The notes beneath the pieces are model-generated. The model made no database searches, was not told the DNA's origin, and saw only the letters and a program-made list of their open reading frames with translations. Shown piece by piece: positions 49,161 to 61,210 of a stretch of 64,000 bases of DNA (within the stretch, counting starts at the first letter, position 1; every line of letters begins with the position of its first letter). The stretch comes from Chrysomallon squamiferum (taxonomy: Eukaryota; Animalia; Mollusca). The stretch lies in the NCBI GenBank assembly GCA_012295275.1, contig CM022667.1:7378001-7442000 (forward strand), read 5' to 3'. The translations under genes were made by a program, and so were the position numbers.

Positions 49161-52100
49161 ATATGCTTCATGGGATTTTCGAAGACATTGGAAATAATAT
49201 TACTGTACTTGAAGGCTTTGGAACATGCTGCGACTGCGTGGTTATAATAAATATTAAATTTTACATAACGGATGCGTTGTTTTGTTCAGGAACCGTATTA
49301 AAAGAGGCGTTAGCTTATAGAATAAGCAGAAACTGTTCTTCATTCTCTTTTATATTAGTCACGATAGCCAGAAAACTTACTGTCTGTTATCAAAATGAGA
49401 TTGGTTTTAACCATTTTAAATTGTTATTTGTGTTGGCATCTTAAAATCTTAAATGTTATAATTAATTTAATTTATAATGTTTTTTTTTTTATTACTGTAG
49501 TTAATTAATTAAACTAAAGGTCTAATAACACATCGTCCTTTCTTGCTTCCTTTCTTTTTTTCTTTTTTTTTTATTATTATTATTATTAAAACACACTGAT
49601 AAATATTTTTGTCAGACTGTAATCTTAAAGCAACGATTCGCAAACGTTTTAAACCATCGACTCTTCGTTGAATCCTTTATTTCTCACCAAGCCCCAGTAA
49701 TGAAAAATGTAATAAATATCAATAATAAATTTATCTAAAGGTAATAATCTCTTAGCCTTTTTCCTTAATTTCCTTACTGATTCTTGATTAGTTTCATTTC
49801 ACGTCTGCGTTGGGTAATTCTTCTTAATTCCACCGACTGACGGGGATCAATACACAGCAGTTTGCCGACCCTTGTCTGACATAACAATCCCCCCCAAAAA
49901 AAATAAAAAATAAATAAAAAATAAATAAATAAATTATTTTCAGTTTTTTGTTAATTTTTGTTTCTTTTGTTTGATCGTGCGATGATAGTTTAAAAGTACT
50001 AACAAAAGCTGGATTTTTCTAAACGATCCAGATGGCCACTAAACAGCAAAGGTTTCAGTTTGAGTTAGATGTATTGCAGGCATTTTAAATATGTTTTCTG
50101 AAAGGGTGCAGATTCATATTATCTTTATTTTGTCGGTTAAATTTTAATTTATGTTATTTTTGTTCTTTTTACGCTTAAAAAAGCAGCATAAAAAACATAT
50201 TATTATCAGTTTCTTCTGACAAAATTTTGTTATCTATCTTTAGCGACATTGTACAAGTTTCATTTCTCTGGCTGTGTTCAAATCTGAACAAACCTCGGCT
50301 GAAGGTGATAAGTATATGTGAAAAGATGAAAATGAGAAAATGTGAAGACAAAGAAACAAAAATTCATTTATTTCGTATTTGTTTGCTGGGACATTTTAAA
50401 GTGTCATGGACGAATTGAAATATATATATATTGTTTAGGTTTCATTAACCTATCTGTTATTTTATAGACATTAAATATAAAAAAATATTTTCCTTTTTTT
50501 TTTTAAATTTCAGTTATTGTTGTTTTCCATAGTAAAATCATCAGTAATAAAAATGCAACTCCAGATTAAATGAAACAATTTCAAAATTTCTGCATTAATA
50601 ATAAAAATGCACAAGCGATTCATACACCATCACAAAAGAGTTAATGATGTCATGCCCTGCTTGTTACTTTCCCCACGTTCACTCGACGAAGTGTACTGTA
50701 GGTCTTTATCATTTTTGTGTGTTCACTAATCTGAATGTTGCAGCGTCAGCCTCGGATATTCTCGTTTACTCTTTTTGGCCAGACATAAAAATAAATTCAG
50801 GTTAAAAAAGAAGAAGAAAGAAGAAATAAAAGAAGGGAAAACAAAATCAGAGTGATATAAATTATAAAAACAAAAGAAAACATTATTTCTTAGTTAACGC
50901 GTCTTTCAGTTACATTTGAGGACTGCGAAGGTAAAGGTCGTATAAATACAGCCTCTCGCTTTTTACAATACAAAATAGTAATCTATTGCGGGATACCAGT
51001 CCACGAAGATGTTGAATCTATATTAATCCTAACACACTTTTTGTTTATGGGAAATATGAACGTAAGATATATACTACATTGCTAAGTATATTTTATAGCT
51101 AATAGATAGTTAATTTCGCACGTTTTGTTTAAACATATTTTAAGTGAAATGAAACAAACTATTTTCCATCACACACACCCACACACACCCACACGCACAC
51201 GCACACACACACGGACATAAATAAAATCAGTCACTAAGTAAGTAATTATTTTTCTATGGGAAATATCACCAAACACATAATATGTATATATGAATACATA
51301 ATAAATTCTATATGTATTGTAATTATAAATACCAGCATCCTGGCTCACTGCTAAATGTTCCCTTACACAGTTTAATTAGTTTTCTTTAAAAATTATTATT
51401 ATTATTACTCTTATTATTATCAAAAGAGTAGATTTTCAATTGTAAATAATATATAGTTTTGTTTATTTTGATGAAATGTCAGAGGGAAATATATTTATGC
51501 ATTTTTGCAAAATAGTCACAGTCTGTGTTAAGAATTGAGTATGAAAAGTATATGTTGTTTGAAAATTTATTTTATATCTGTAGCTATTTATTTTCTTTCA
51601 AATGAAGCTGATGATTAAAAAGATTTATTTTCTCGTATAAATAGAGAGAAAAGAACAAAAGGAACTATTTTTAAACATATTCAATAAATTATATATTTTT
51701 TTATAAATACACGTGTGTTTATGTGATATTTATCAGGCTAATATTAACCATATTTTATCAGTTACAATCTGAAATACAACAAAAGACATTTTGAAGTTCA
51801 TGAGTCATCTATTAACCAGTAAATCATAATCAGATGCATATCTATTTTTACAGTTTTCTCTCAGTATTCTGAGTGCACCAGAAAGAAGATATTCTGTGCA
51901 GTCTTGTTATGTGTAAATGTATGCTGTGGCAATAAAAATAAATGACAGCTAGGAATTTATACTCTAAATGTTGTTTTTGGATGGTTTTATTTACAATCTT
52001 CAAACAATAAAATTTAAAAGATATTTCTTTATATGGATCTGCAGTATCATACATTGTTGTCTGAATATTACATTACTTTCATTTGGTAAATATTGAAAAT

Positions 52101-52360
52101 GCATAGAATTAAATACGCTAGTTGTCAACACTAAACATTGTTTTAATTAATATACATAAATTAACTTCAGTAATTAATTATCACATTAAAGGTTAATTTG
52201 CACTTGGAGTTAATACTTGCATTTTAGTTGTTGTTTTTTTCAGAAATATTTGTTAAACATTACTTTCTAATCAGTAATGTCTTCTGTTTTACATAGGAGC
52301 AATACTGAACATGAAAAAAGCTAGGGAGGTAGACATTTTAAGACCAGAGGCAAGTTTAGG

Positions 52361-55300
52361 ATGTCATCAGTTTTAATACTTCACTTCAATGATGTGTACA
52401 ACATCGAGCCTCAGAAAGAGGAGCCTGTTGGAGGAGCCAGTAGATTTGCAGGATACATTCATTCTTGTGAGAGTGAAAATCCCCTTGTACTCTTTAGTGG
52501 AGATGTTCTCAACCCATCTCTCAGTATGTTTTACTTTAAAACAAAAGCATCCATTAGACAATGTCAAACCATTTTTCAACATTCATCATTTAAAAAAAAA
52601 AAAAAAAAAACATTCATTAGACAATGTCAAACCATTTTTCAGCATTCATAATTTTTGAACAAATTAAAAACAGTTTATAATGTAAATAAAAAATATAAAA
52701 TAAAAATAAAGTCCTTGCTTGCTGTTGATTTTAAAAAGTAACAGCTGTTAGAAAATAGAATTGTTTTTTCTGTTAAATAAATAATTTTCACAAGGAATTG
52801 TAACCATATAGCTTAACAAGAAGTAAACAGTTTTATCTTTTTAATTTTTTTTTTTTTAAATATTATTTTCAGTGAGCATTTTCATGAAAGGGGAACAAAT
52901 GATTCCAGTACTGAATAACATTGCAGTGAAGTGTGCTGTTTATGGCAACCATGACTTTGGTAAGATTAAATATTGAAAACATAAAGAATATCTTAATTTT
53001 ATTGTAAAAAATTATTCATATGTATTTAGATGTATATATATCAGTTGTTTATATCTTTATCTGTAACTCGTACATAATGTGAAACATTATTATTATTATT
53101 ATTATTATTATTAACAATCAGCATCAGTTCTAAAAATAAATAATTTATTTTTATAACACTAATACTGTATTTTAAGAGTTGCTTCTTGATTTAAGCAGTG
53201 ATATTAAAGAACTACTATTTGTATAATGTGTCAACTTAATCAGATAATTATAATTGCTTAAGAATAAAAAATAAATTATAGCAAAATAAATAAATTAATA
53301 AAATAATGAATACACAGTAATGACAGATACATTGGCTACTGGATGTGAAGGTATTTTTGTTTGCTATTTCTAATTTAATAAAACTTAATTAGTTTTCATG
53401 TTTTACCCAATAGATGTGAATATTTTGATATTATTAAAAAAAAAAAAAGCATTTTAAATTATCACACATAAATATTACAAATATTACAAAATAATAAACA
53501 TTATTTCAGATTTTGGTGTTGATCATTTACAAGAAATAGCTAAAATGACCAAGTTTCCATGGTTACTAAGCAATGTGATTGACAATCTCAGTGGCAAGCA
53601 GCTGGGACAGGGAGGAGTTACTCACATGTTGGACTGGAATGGAATCAAGGTGAAAATATTTTATTGTGTCTTAGTAAGGAGACAGGAATATTCTCATTAT
53701 ATTGCTGAAGCTGATACAGAACTTGTAACACAGAATTTACAACTGAAAATAGAAATTAATCTGTGAAAACAACAGTCATACAACCTGGCTGTTAAACAAC
53801 ATCGTGTATTAGTTTGTGAGAATTGTGTTTAGTTTTGTAACACTGATTCATACCAAGCATACTGCTTATTAAATGTTACAAAAAGACAAAAAAAACCTTA
53901 ATATTTTCCAGAGTCAAGGTGGAATAAATAATGATATTCAATGTCAAATATTTTATCACCTATCTATAGTAATACAATATAATATTGTTGTATGAGACAA
54001 TATTATTATTCCCACAAAAATTAATTAAAATATGTAAAGTAACTCATCAAGCTTACCTAATGATAAAATGTGATATTTATGTATATTTTCCTGTTAAAGT
54101 AACAACACTGATTTTATTGTAATACACTTCAGTGATAACTAATGAAAATAAAAATAAAAAGGCAATGAGGTTAAAACAGTAAGTCTGTCAAATATTTTCA
54201 CATTACTGTGTATGAAGCATTGTTGTCAACTCAACTAGTAAAAATTTGTGTGTGTCAGAACCAAATAAACAAGTTCCAGTAACTTAATCCATTTGTCCAT
54301 CCACCAGATACACTTAATACTATATGACTGAACTTGTAATCATGTTGAAGTACCTGTGACTATGACATGATTCACAAACTAGTATAATCTCTAAATGTAA
54401 ATTGTTGACTTGAACATTCAAGATGACAGTTTGTATGATTCACAAACCAATATAACCTCTAAATGTAAATAGTTGACTTGAATATGTCAAGATAACAGTT
54501 TATATGATTCACAAACCAATATAATCCATAAATGTAAATAGTTGACTTGAATATTTCAAGATAACAGTTTATATGATTCACAAACCAATATAATCCATAA
54601 ATGTAAATAGTTGACTTGAATATTTCAAGATAACAGTTTGTCTAAACAGTAGTTTCCTGTCTTTCAAGTTATTTTTTTTTATCACGTAGTTTTAGCTAAT
54701 AATTCTAAATAAGTCATCATAGAAACATTATTTTCAGTTTACACAGATAGAGATAAAATTTAGAAACTAGAAGAATATAGAAACTAAAACCTCAAAATTT
54801 TAATTTTTAATTTATTATTTATTTATTTTTGACAGTTCAGTAAATTTCCTTTCATGCTGTATTTACACTAAATCTGCTGTTATATCTAACTTGACAAAAT
54901 CAGATTTTGATAATTTTTGGTGTGATTTGTTGTTTGTAACAGACATGTTTTCTTTATCATCACCACTGTTACAACTAGTAGATGCCATATTGTCAATCTC
55001 CTGCTTTCATAATTACCTCCTTGAGTAAATATTATTATTAAGTTAAAATAAAATATTTGTTAATTGTTAGTAATTATAAAAGTTTCATAATTACCTCCTT
55101 CAGTAAATCTTGTTACAAATTGTTAAAATAAAATATTTGTAAACTGCTAGTTACTTAATTATCCTCTTCATTCATAAAGGGAGAAAAGGCACCAACAACA
55201 TTTTTGACAGGTTTGTGTCTTTCTTAGTTGTTATTTTGAATTCTTTTTAGCCCCTTTATTGTGTCAAAGCTACCAGGCATGAAAAGTTTGAAAAAAATCA

Positions 55301-58300
55301 CTAGTGAATTATTTCAGATTGGTCTGATGGGGCTGGTTGAAGAAGAATGGATTGAAACTCTGGGGACTATTGATCCAGAAGATGTTACATATTTGGATTA
55401 TGTAGAGGAAGGAAAAAGACTTGCAAACATTTTAAGAAACCAGGTAATTTTTGCCATATTTTTAATCATTGAGGAAACATTTTTACTCATGATTAAGAAA
55501 TGAGGTAATATTATTGTGTCAGTTTTTGTATCCTTGATTAATGAAAAATAAACATTTGTTTAATTTATATTTGATTTGTGGTTTTGTTCAGGGAGCTGAA
55601 GTAGTGATTGCACTGACTCACATGCGCTGGCCTAATGATATTCGACTGGCTGAGAGTGTTGATGATATTGACCTTATTCTAGGAGGTCATGACCACGACT
55701 ATGATGTCAGAATTGTATGTTTTTTTCATTTATTTTTCTTACTAAATGCATAAAAATATTCATGGAAAATTAATATTTAATTGTGGTCTGATAAGAGTGT
55801 TTTTTTATATCTACATTGTTCTCAACTCACACAGTAGTAAGTTTAATATGTAATTGTGGTGTGATAAGAGTGTTTTTTATATCTACATTGTTCTCAACTC
55901 ACACAGTAGTAAGTTTAATATGTAATTGTGGTCTGATAAGAGTGTTTTTTTATATCTGCATTGTTCTCAACTCACACAGTAGTAAGTTTAATATGTAATT
56001 GACTTTGATGCACAAACATGAGTCGTTCAGCTAACAAATGACTACTTCAAAATATTTGTAAACTGCTAGTTACTTCAATATTTGGAATATTTCCAGTATA
56101 ATGTTCTTCCTTTTTATGAAAATGTGTATATGTTGAAGTCATTAAATAAACATTGTATTTATGTATAAAACACTTATTTGTATATATAAAGTTATAAATA
56201 CATTATTACATGCTAAAAACAGATACTTGTATTATTAATTGTTAAAAAACAGATACTTGTATTATTAATTGTTAAAAAACAGATATTTGTATATTACAGT
56301 TAAACAATAAATATATTAGTTGTATATTAGAGGTAAATGATAAAAATATATTAGTGTATATTATAGGTAAATGATAAATATATTATTACAGGTTAAATGA
56401 TAAATATATTAGGTATATATTACAGGTAAATGATAAATATATTATTACAGGTAAATAATAATATATTATTACAGGTAAATGATAATATATTATTACAGGT
56501 AAATGATAAATACATAGTAAAAAGTGGAACTGATTTTCGCAATCTGAGTCGTGTAGTTTTAAACCGAGGCAGAAACAAATGGAATGCAGAAATTGAAAGA
56601 GTGGACATTGATTCCAGGATCCCGGAGGATCCCGATATTAAAAATATTGTTAAAGAGAAGATAGGTAAATAGTTACTTACCATGTACAAAAATCATCTAA
56701 GAACTAAAAAATATTAATAACACTAAAATGTTAAACAATGGAGGTCATATTTCTCTCTCTTTAGAATATTCAAATTGTGAAACTTTAGCTATTGCTAAAT
56801 TTAATGTTTTTCATTTCTGATGAATAACAGATTTTTTGCTTCTTACATTTGAAGTTCAGATAAGTGTTCAACTTGTCTTCTAAATGATTGTAATATAAAT
56901 GTTTAAAGATATATTATTGATTGACAATGTTGTTTCTGTTACAGGACAAATAGATTCTAAAATGGACACGTACCTAGGAGACATGGGTGTAGAGTTAGAA
57001 GGAAGGTTTTCTCACATCAGAAGTCAGGAAACCAACCTAGGTTAATTATCACATTCTTACTTGAGTTCTCTCTACAACATCTGAAACAAACATTTTTGCT
57101 TGAGTTCTCTCTATAACATCTGAAACAAACATTTTTGCTTGAGTTCTCTCTATAACATCTGAAACAGATAACTTTTACTTGAGTTCTCTCTATTACATCT
57201 GAAACAAACAACTTTTACTTGAGTTCTCTCTATAACATCTGAAACAAACATTTTTACTTGAGTTCTCTCTACAACATCTGAAACAAACATTTTTGCTTGA
57301 GTTCTCTCTATAACATCTGAAACAAACATTTTTGCTTGAGTTCTCTCTATAACATCTGAAACAGATAACTTTTACTTGAGTTCTCTCTACAACATCTGAA
57401 ACAAACATTTTTACTTGAGTTCTCTCTATAACATCTGAAACAGATAACTTTTAATGATTGTTTGATTTTGTTAACACAGGTAACTTTGTAACTGACATCA
57501 TGCTGACTGCTACAAAAGCACAAATTGCTCTTCTCAACTCTGGAACATTCCGCTCTGACCGGCTTCACCCAAAAGGCAGATTCACAATCCGAGATCTGCT
57601 CACTATTTTACCTATGGTTGATCCAATTGTTGTCATAAAAGTAACAGGTGAGCTAATGATGAAGTCTGTGACTACAAATTCAAACACAGATACTAAGATA
57701 GTGTAACCATTGAAGAAAGATTTTAAGAAACATTTTTCTTATTTTATTTTCATATTTGCTGTTTATATTTTGATGAGCCACTGACAGGAAAATCATTGAT
57801 TAGTGATTTGATTAGTGACTCTTAATCCACACATTTAAAATGTTCTGTTTGAGAATATAAAAACAGTCTGTGTTACAAAACTATTTAATTATTTGCAGGT
57901 CATGTACTTTTACAAGCATTAGAAAATGGTGTGTCGCAGTATCCTGTCCTGGAAGGTCGATTCCCTCAAGTTGCAGGAGTTGTGTTTGGTTTTGATCCAA
58001 GTGAACCTCCAGGACAGAGGGTCATTCCAGAACTGGTCAAAGTTCAAGACCAGTATTTAAACTTGGATCAGGTATTAAACAATTCCTACTGGAATTTATT
58101 TTCATTGGTTCTTGCTATATCTAATGTGATACTACTAATTTAAATCATAATTTTTGGATAATATTAAATGTTCTCATGATAAAGTATTTTTCTCACTTCT
58201 GGCATAGAATATAAATTTTGTTCTGATACTCATTAACTTTAAATAATAAAATGTCTTGAAGTGAGTTTGACACTGATGTCTAAGAAAATAAACAGAGGCA

Positions 58301-60974
58301 GCCATTTTCTTTTTTTAATTACGACACTTTCTGTACAGAAACAATATGGAGATTAGATTGACAAAGTACATTACTTGGTAGAAAGTTTACATATAGTAGT
58401 CCATTTTTGTTTTATTTTCCTGTTCATGTAATGGTTGTGAAAGAACAAATGACATGAGCTTATTAAAATCATGATGTTAACAAAGAGCAAATATGATTAT
58501 AAAATGTTGAGGATTATTTTCACACCTTTATAGGTATTTATTTTTAAAATGTTATATCTAATACACTGATATGTTCAAAAAAAACTTACTGTGCCAAGGC
58601 CAGTAGACTCTGTCGATGACCTGATTTGCATGGTAACTGAAGAATGTGTTTTTGGAATTATCTTTTTTAACTTCATGTTTATCCTTCTTGATATTCATTT
58701 TTACATTTATAGGAATATACTTTGTGTACAAAAGAATATATGTACTTTGGAAAAGATGGTTATGGAGTTCTCAGTGACTGTGAAGTTGTGGTGAGTAAAT
58801 TTATTAAGTTACTTCTTTTTTTCCAGAAAGTTAAATAAATAAACATCTCTGGTTAGTTTATCTGTTTTTCTTATTTTTTCATTGTGCAATCAAGTATTTT
58901 AAAAACAGTATGAAGTGACAAGTATTATTTTCATGCTAGAAATATTTTATCTTATTTAATATATGATATTATTTGAAATTATTTGGTTTAATTAAATTTA
59001 AAAAAAGGTTTATGATTATGGTATATAATCATTTATATAATAAAATATTCTGTTTCAGGTTAGTTCAGAGCAGTGTCAAGCTCTGACAACTACAGTTCAG
59101 AATCATTTTGAGTCGGTGAAGATTCATCTCGGACAGTTACCATGCAAATCAGGTCATCGACAGAGTCTACTGGCCTTGGCACAGTAAGTTTTCTTTGAAC
59201 ATATGTTATATTATTCTTCTCTAGTCATAGAGTGCTGGTTAGATTGGGAAATATCCATAATAGTGTCCATTTATTTTTTACTGAGTTTCAATTTTCTTTC
59301 AAAAAAAAAAGAAGATATATACAGTGGTATCTTGACTTATGAGTTTAATTTGTTTTGTGACTGAGCTCATAACTCAATTTGCTCATATATCAAATCAGTT
59401 TTCCCAACTGAAATTAACTGAGATACCATTAATCTGTTCTAGCCACTAAAAACTACCCCATTTTTTTGTAACATATTTTTAAATAAGAAAAATCTATTTA
59501 TAAATGACTAATATTGTATAAAAACAAAATAAAAGAGAATGTAAAGAAATAAATTGGTTTTGTAAAGTGTATTTATCTTGGAGATCAGACCAATTCTTTT
59601 AATGCCTTTGACTGGAGTTATAGCCTTTACTGACTCCTTCAGCATTAGTATGGTACATGTTGTAGAAGTACTACACTTCCACTGCCTAACCAAGATGACT
59701 ACGAACACACCTAGCTTGTTTTTCTATGATTTCATGCTTTATTTCAATGGACATCGTCTGCTTCTTCTTCTCAGCGCTTTGCACTCATTTTCTTATAATC
59801 CATGATCAGAAAAAAGAAATTTGACAAAATACTGCACAAAACGCAAGTACAAAACAACGATAAACATGTGAAGTAAATGATTAGACGTGGGATGCTGGGC
59901 AGATGTTGTGTTGTTTGTTGCACCAACTAGCAGTGGTGTATCTGAAGCTCGCTCATAACTCAAAGCAAAAAATTGACCGGGCAACTGCTTGTAACTCGGA
60001 AAACCTGCAAGTTGGAGCACTCATAAGTCGAGGTACTACTGTATACACACACACACATACATGAAGTACTAGTATGTGAATTTATAGGTGCCTCATTAAC
60101 TGTTGTTTCTTTCAAAAGTTGTTAACAAAAGTTAAGAAAATTATTTGAACCAGCATCACAAATTATTTCCATATTTAAATTTACAAATACTGTTGTTAAC
60201 AGCGAAAATGTTTATTTTAATTTTTATCCTAATTTCAGTTTTTGTTTCAAAACATCACAATCAGGCATTCACAGTATATTATCTTGCTGGCTTGGTATTC
60301 TGTATAGTTTAATAATAATAAATTAATATTTTTCAATCACTTTTATTTATAAAACAAAACTGTCCTGATGTTTCTTTACAACAAAAAAATACAACAAGAA
60401 CAGTAGTCTTTAAATTTATATATCTGAATCAAAGTGGATTTAATTTAATTTACATTAATATTTGTGCAGGAAAGATAGCATAGTAATCCGAGCTAGTATG
60501 AAGAAAAGTAATAAGCCATGGCCACTTGTCCGACAGAACAGCATCCATGCTGCAGAAGTAGAACAGTGTTATCTTTGTCCAAAAGTGGAAGGAAGAATCT
60601 TCCTTGTTGACAAAGAGGTTATTATTATTATATTTTTAAAATTATTATTCCTAAAACATGAACACTATATTGTAACAAGACTTGGAATCCAGTTATGAAG
60701 ATTTTTATTTTTATTTTTTGGGTGGATGAAGGGAAAATCTGTAATGTGTCTGGATGTGTGTGCATCTCTGTGTGTGTGCCATTTCGTTGAGAAGCCAAGT
60801 GAATTTTTCACTTTTTTTAAAACATAACAGAATTGATAAATTATTTGGATACATTTACAGAAAAAAGAGATAATGCTGAGTCTGAAGCCATCATTTTCTC
60901 CTCAGCTGAGTACCATGAGTGAGGAGTTTCAGAGTCAGAGTACAGACAGCACGAACAGTGAGATCAGCAGCTAG
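52361..60974 (+). CDS. 5'-nucleotidase/UshA-family calcineurin-like metallophosphoesterase (CG11883-like), 13 coding exons, 568 aa, no signal peptide
   Basis: Exons 52361-52523, 52873-52959, 53510-53649, 55318-55443, 55592-55714, 56499-56664, 56945-57040, 57480-57647, 57899-58071, 58713-58790, 59059-59183, 60470-60617, 60861-60974. All GT-AG, total 1707 nt including TAG. Motifs LHFNDVY, FSGD, GNHDFD, ALTHM, GGHDH, KSGTDF, RSQETNLGNFVTD, LNSGTFR, ALENGVS..GRFPQV, GKDGY. Confidence 0.93.
54368..54640. repeat. About 68-bp tandem repeat x4 in nucleotidase intron 3
   Basis: ATGATTCACAAACCAATATAATCCATAAATGTAAATAGTTGACTTGAA... repeated. Confidence 0.88.
55778..56000. repeat. 72-73-bp tandem repeat x3 in nucleotidase intron 5
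   Basis: TAATTGTGGTCTGATAAGAGTG... at 55778, 55851, 55923. Confidence 0.9.
56290..56510. repeat. 24-34-bp repeat of the nucleotidase exon 6 acceptor junction, about 8 copies
   Basis: ATATTATTACAG|GTAAATGATAA repeated; the last copy is the exon start at 56499. Confidence 0.88.
57053..57452. repeat. About 39-bp minisatellite x10 filling nucleotidase intron 7
   Basis: CTTGAGTTCTCTCTATAACATCTGAAACAAACATTTTTG units. Confidence 0.93.
59322..60041. mobile_element. Tc1/mariner-pogo (Tigger-like) non-autonomous element
   Basis: TA|CAGTGGTATCTTGACTTATGAGT ... ACTCATAAGTCGAGGTACTACTG|TA: about 23-bp imperfect TIRs and TA TSD, in nucleotidase intron 11. Confidence 0.82.
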
Positions 60975-61210
60975 TGAGACACAGGTTGTAAATAGTGAGA
61001 TGTACAGACAGCACGAACAGTGAGATCAGCAGCTAGTGAGATTTACAGACAGCATGAACAGTGAAATCAGCAGCTAGTGAGACACAGATTGTAAATAGTG
61101 AGATGTACAGACAGCATGAACAGTGAGATCAGCAGCTAGTGAGACAGATTGTAAATAGTGAGATGTACAGACAGCACGAACAGTGAGATCAGCAGCTAGT
61201 GAGACATATT
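60940..61210. repeat. About 60-bp repeat x5 containing the nucleotidase last codons and stop
   Basis: GTACAGACAGCACGAACAGTGAGATCAGCAGCTAGTGAGA at about 60940, 61002, 61043, 61105, 61165. Confidence 0.9.

Noticed and set aside
57053-57452. 39-bp array as a junction repeat
   Set aside because: It fills the intron but the unit contains neither splice site nor exon sequence; kept as an ordinary minisatellite.
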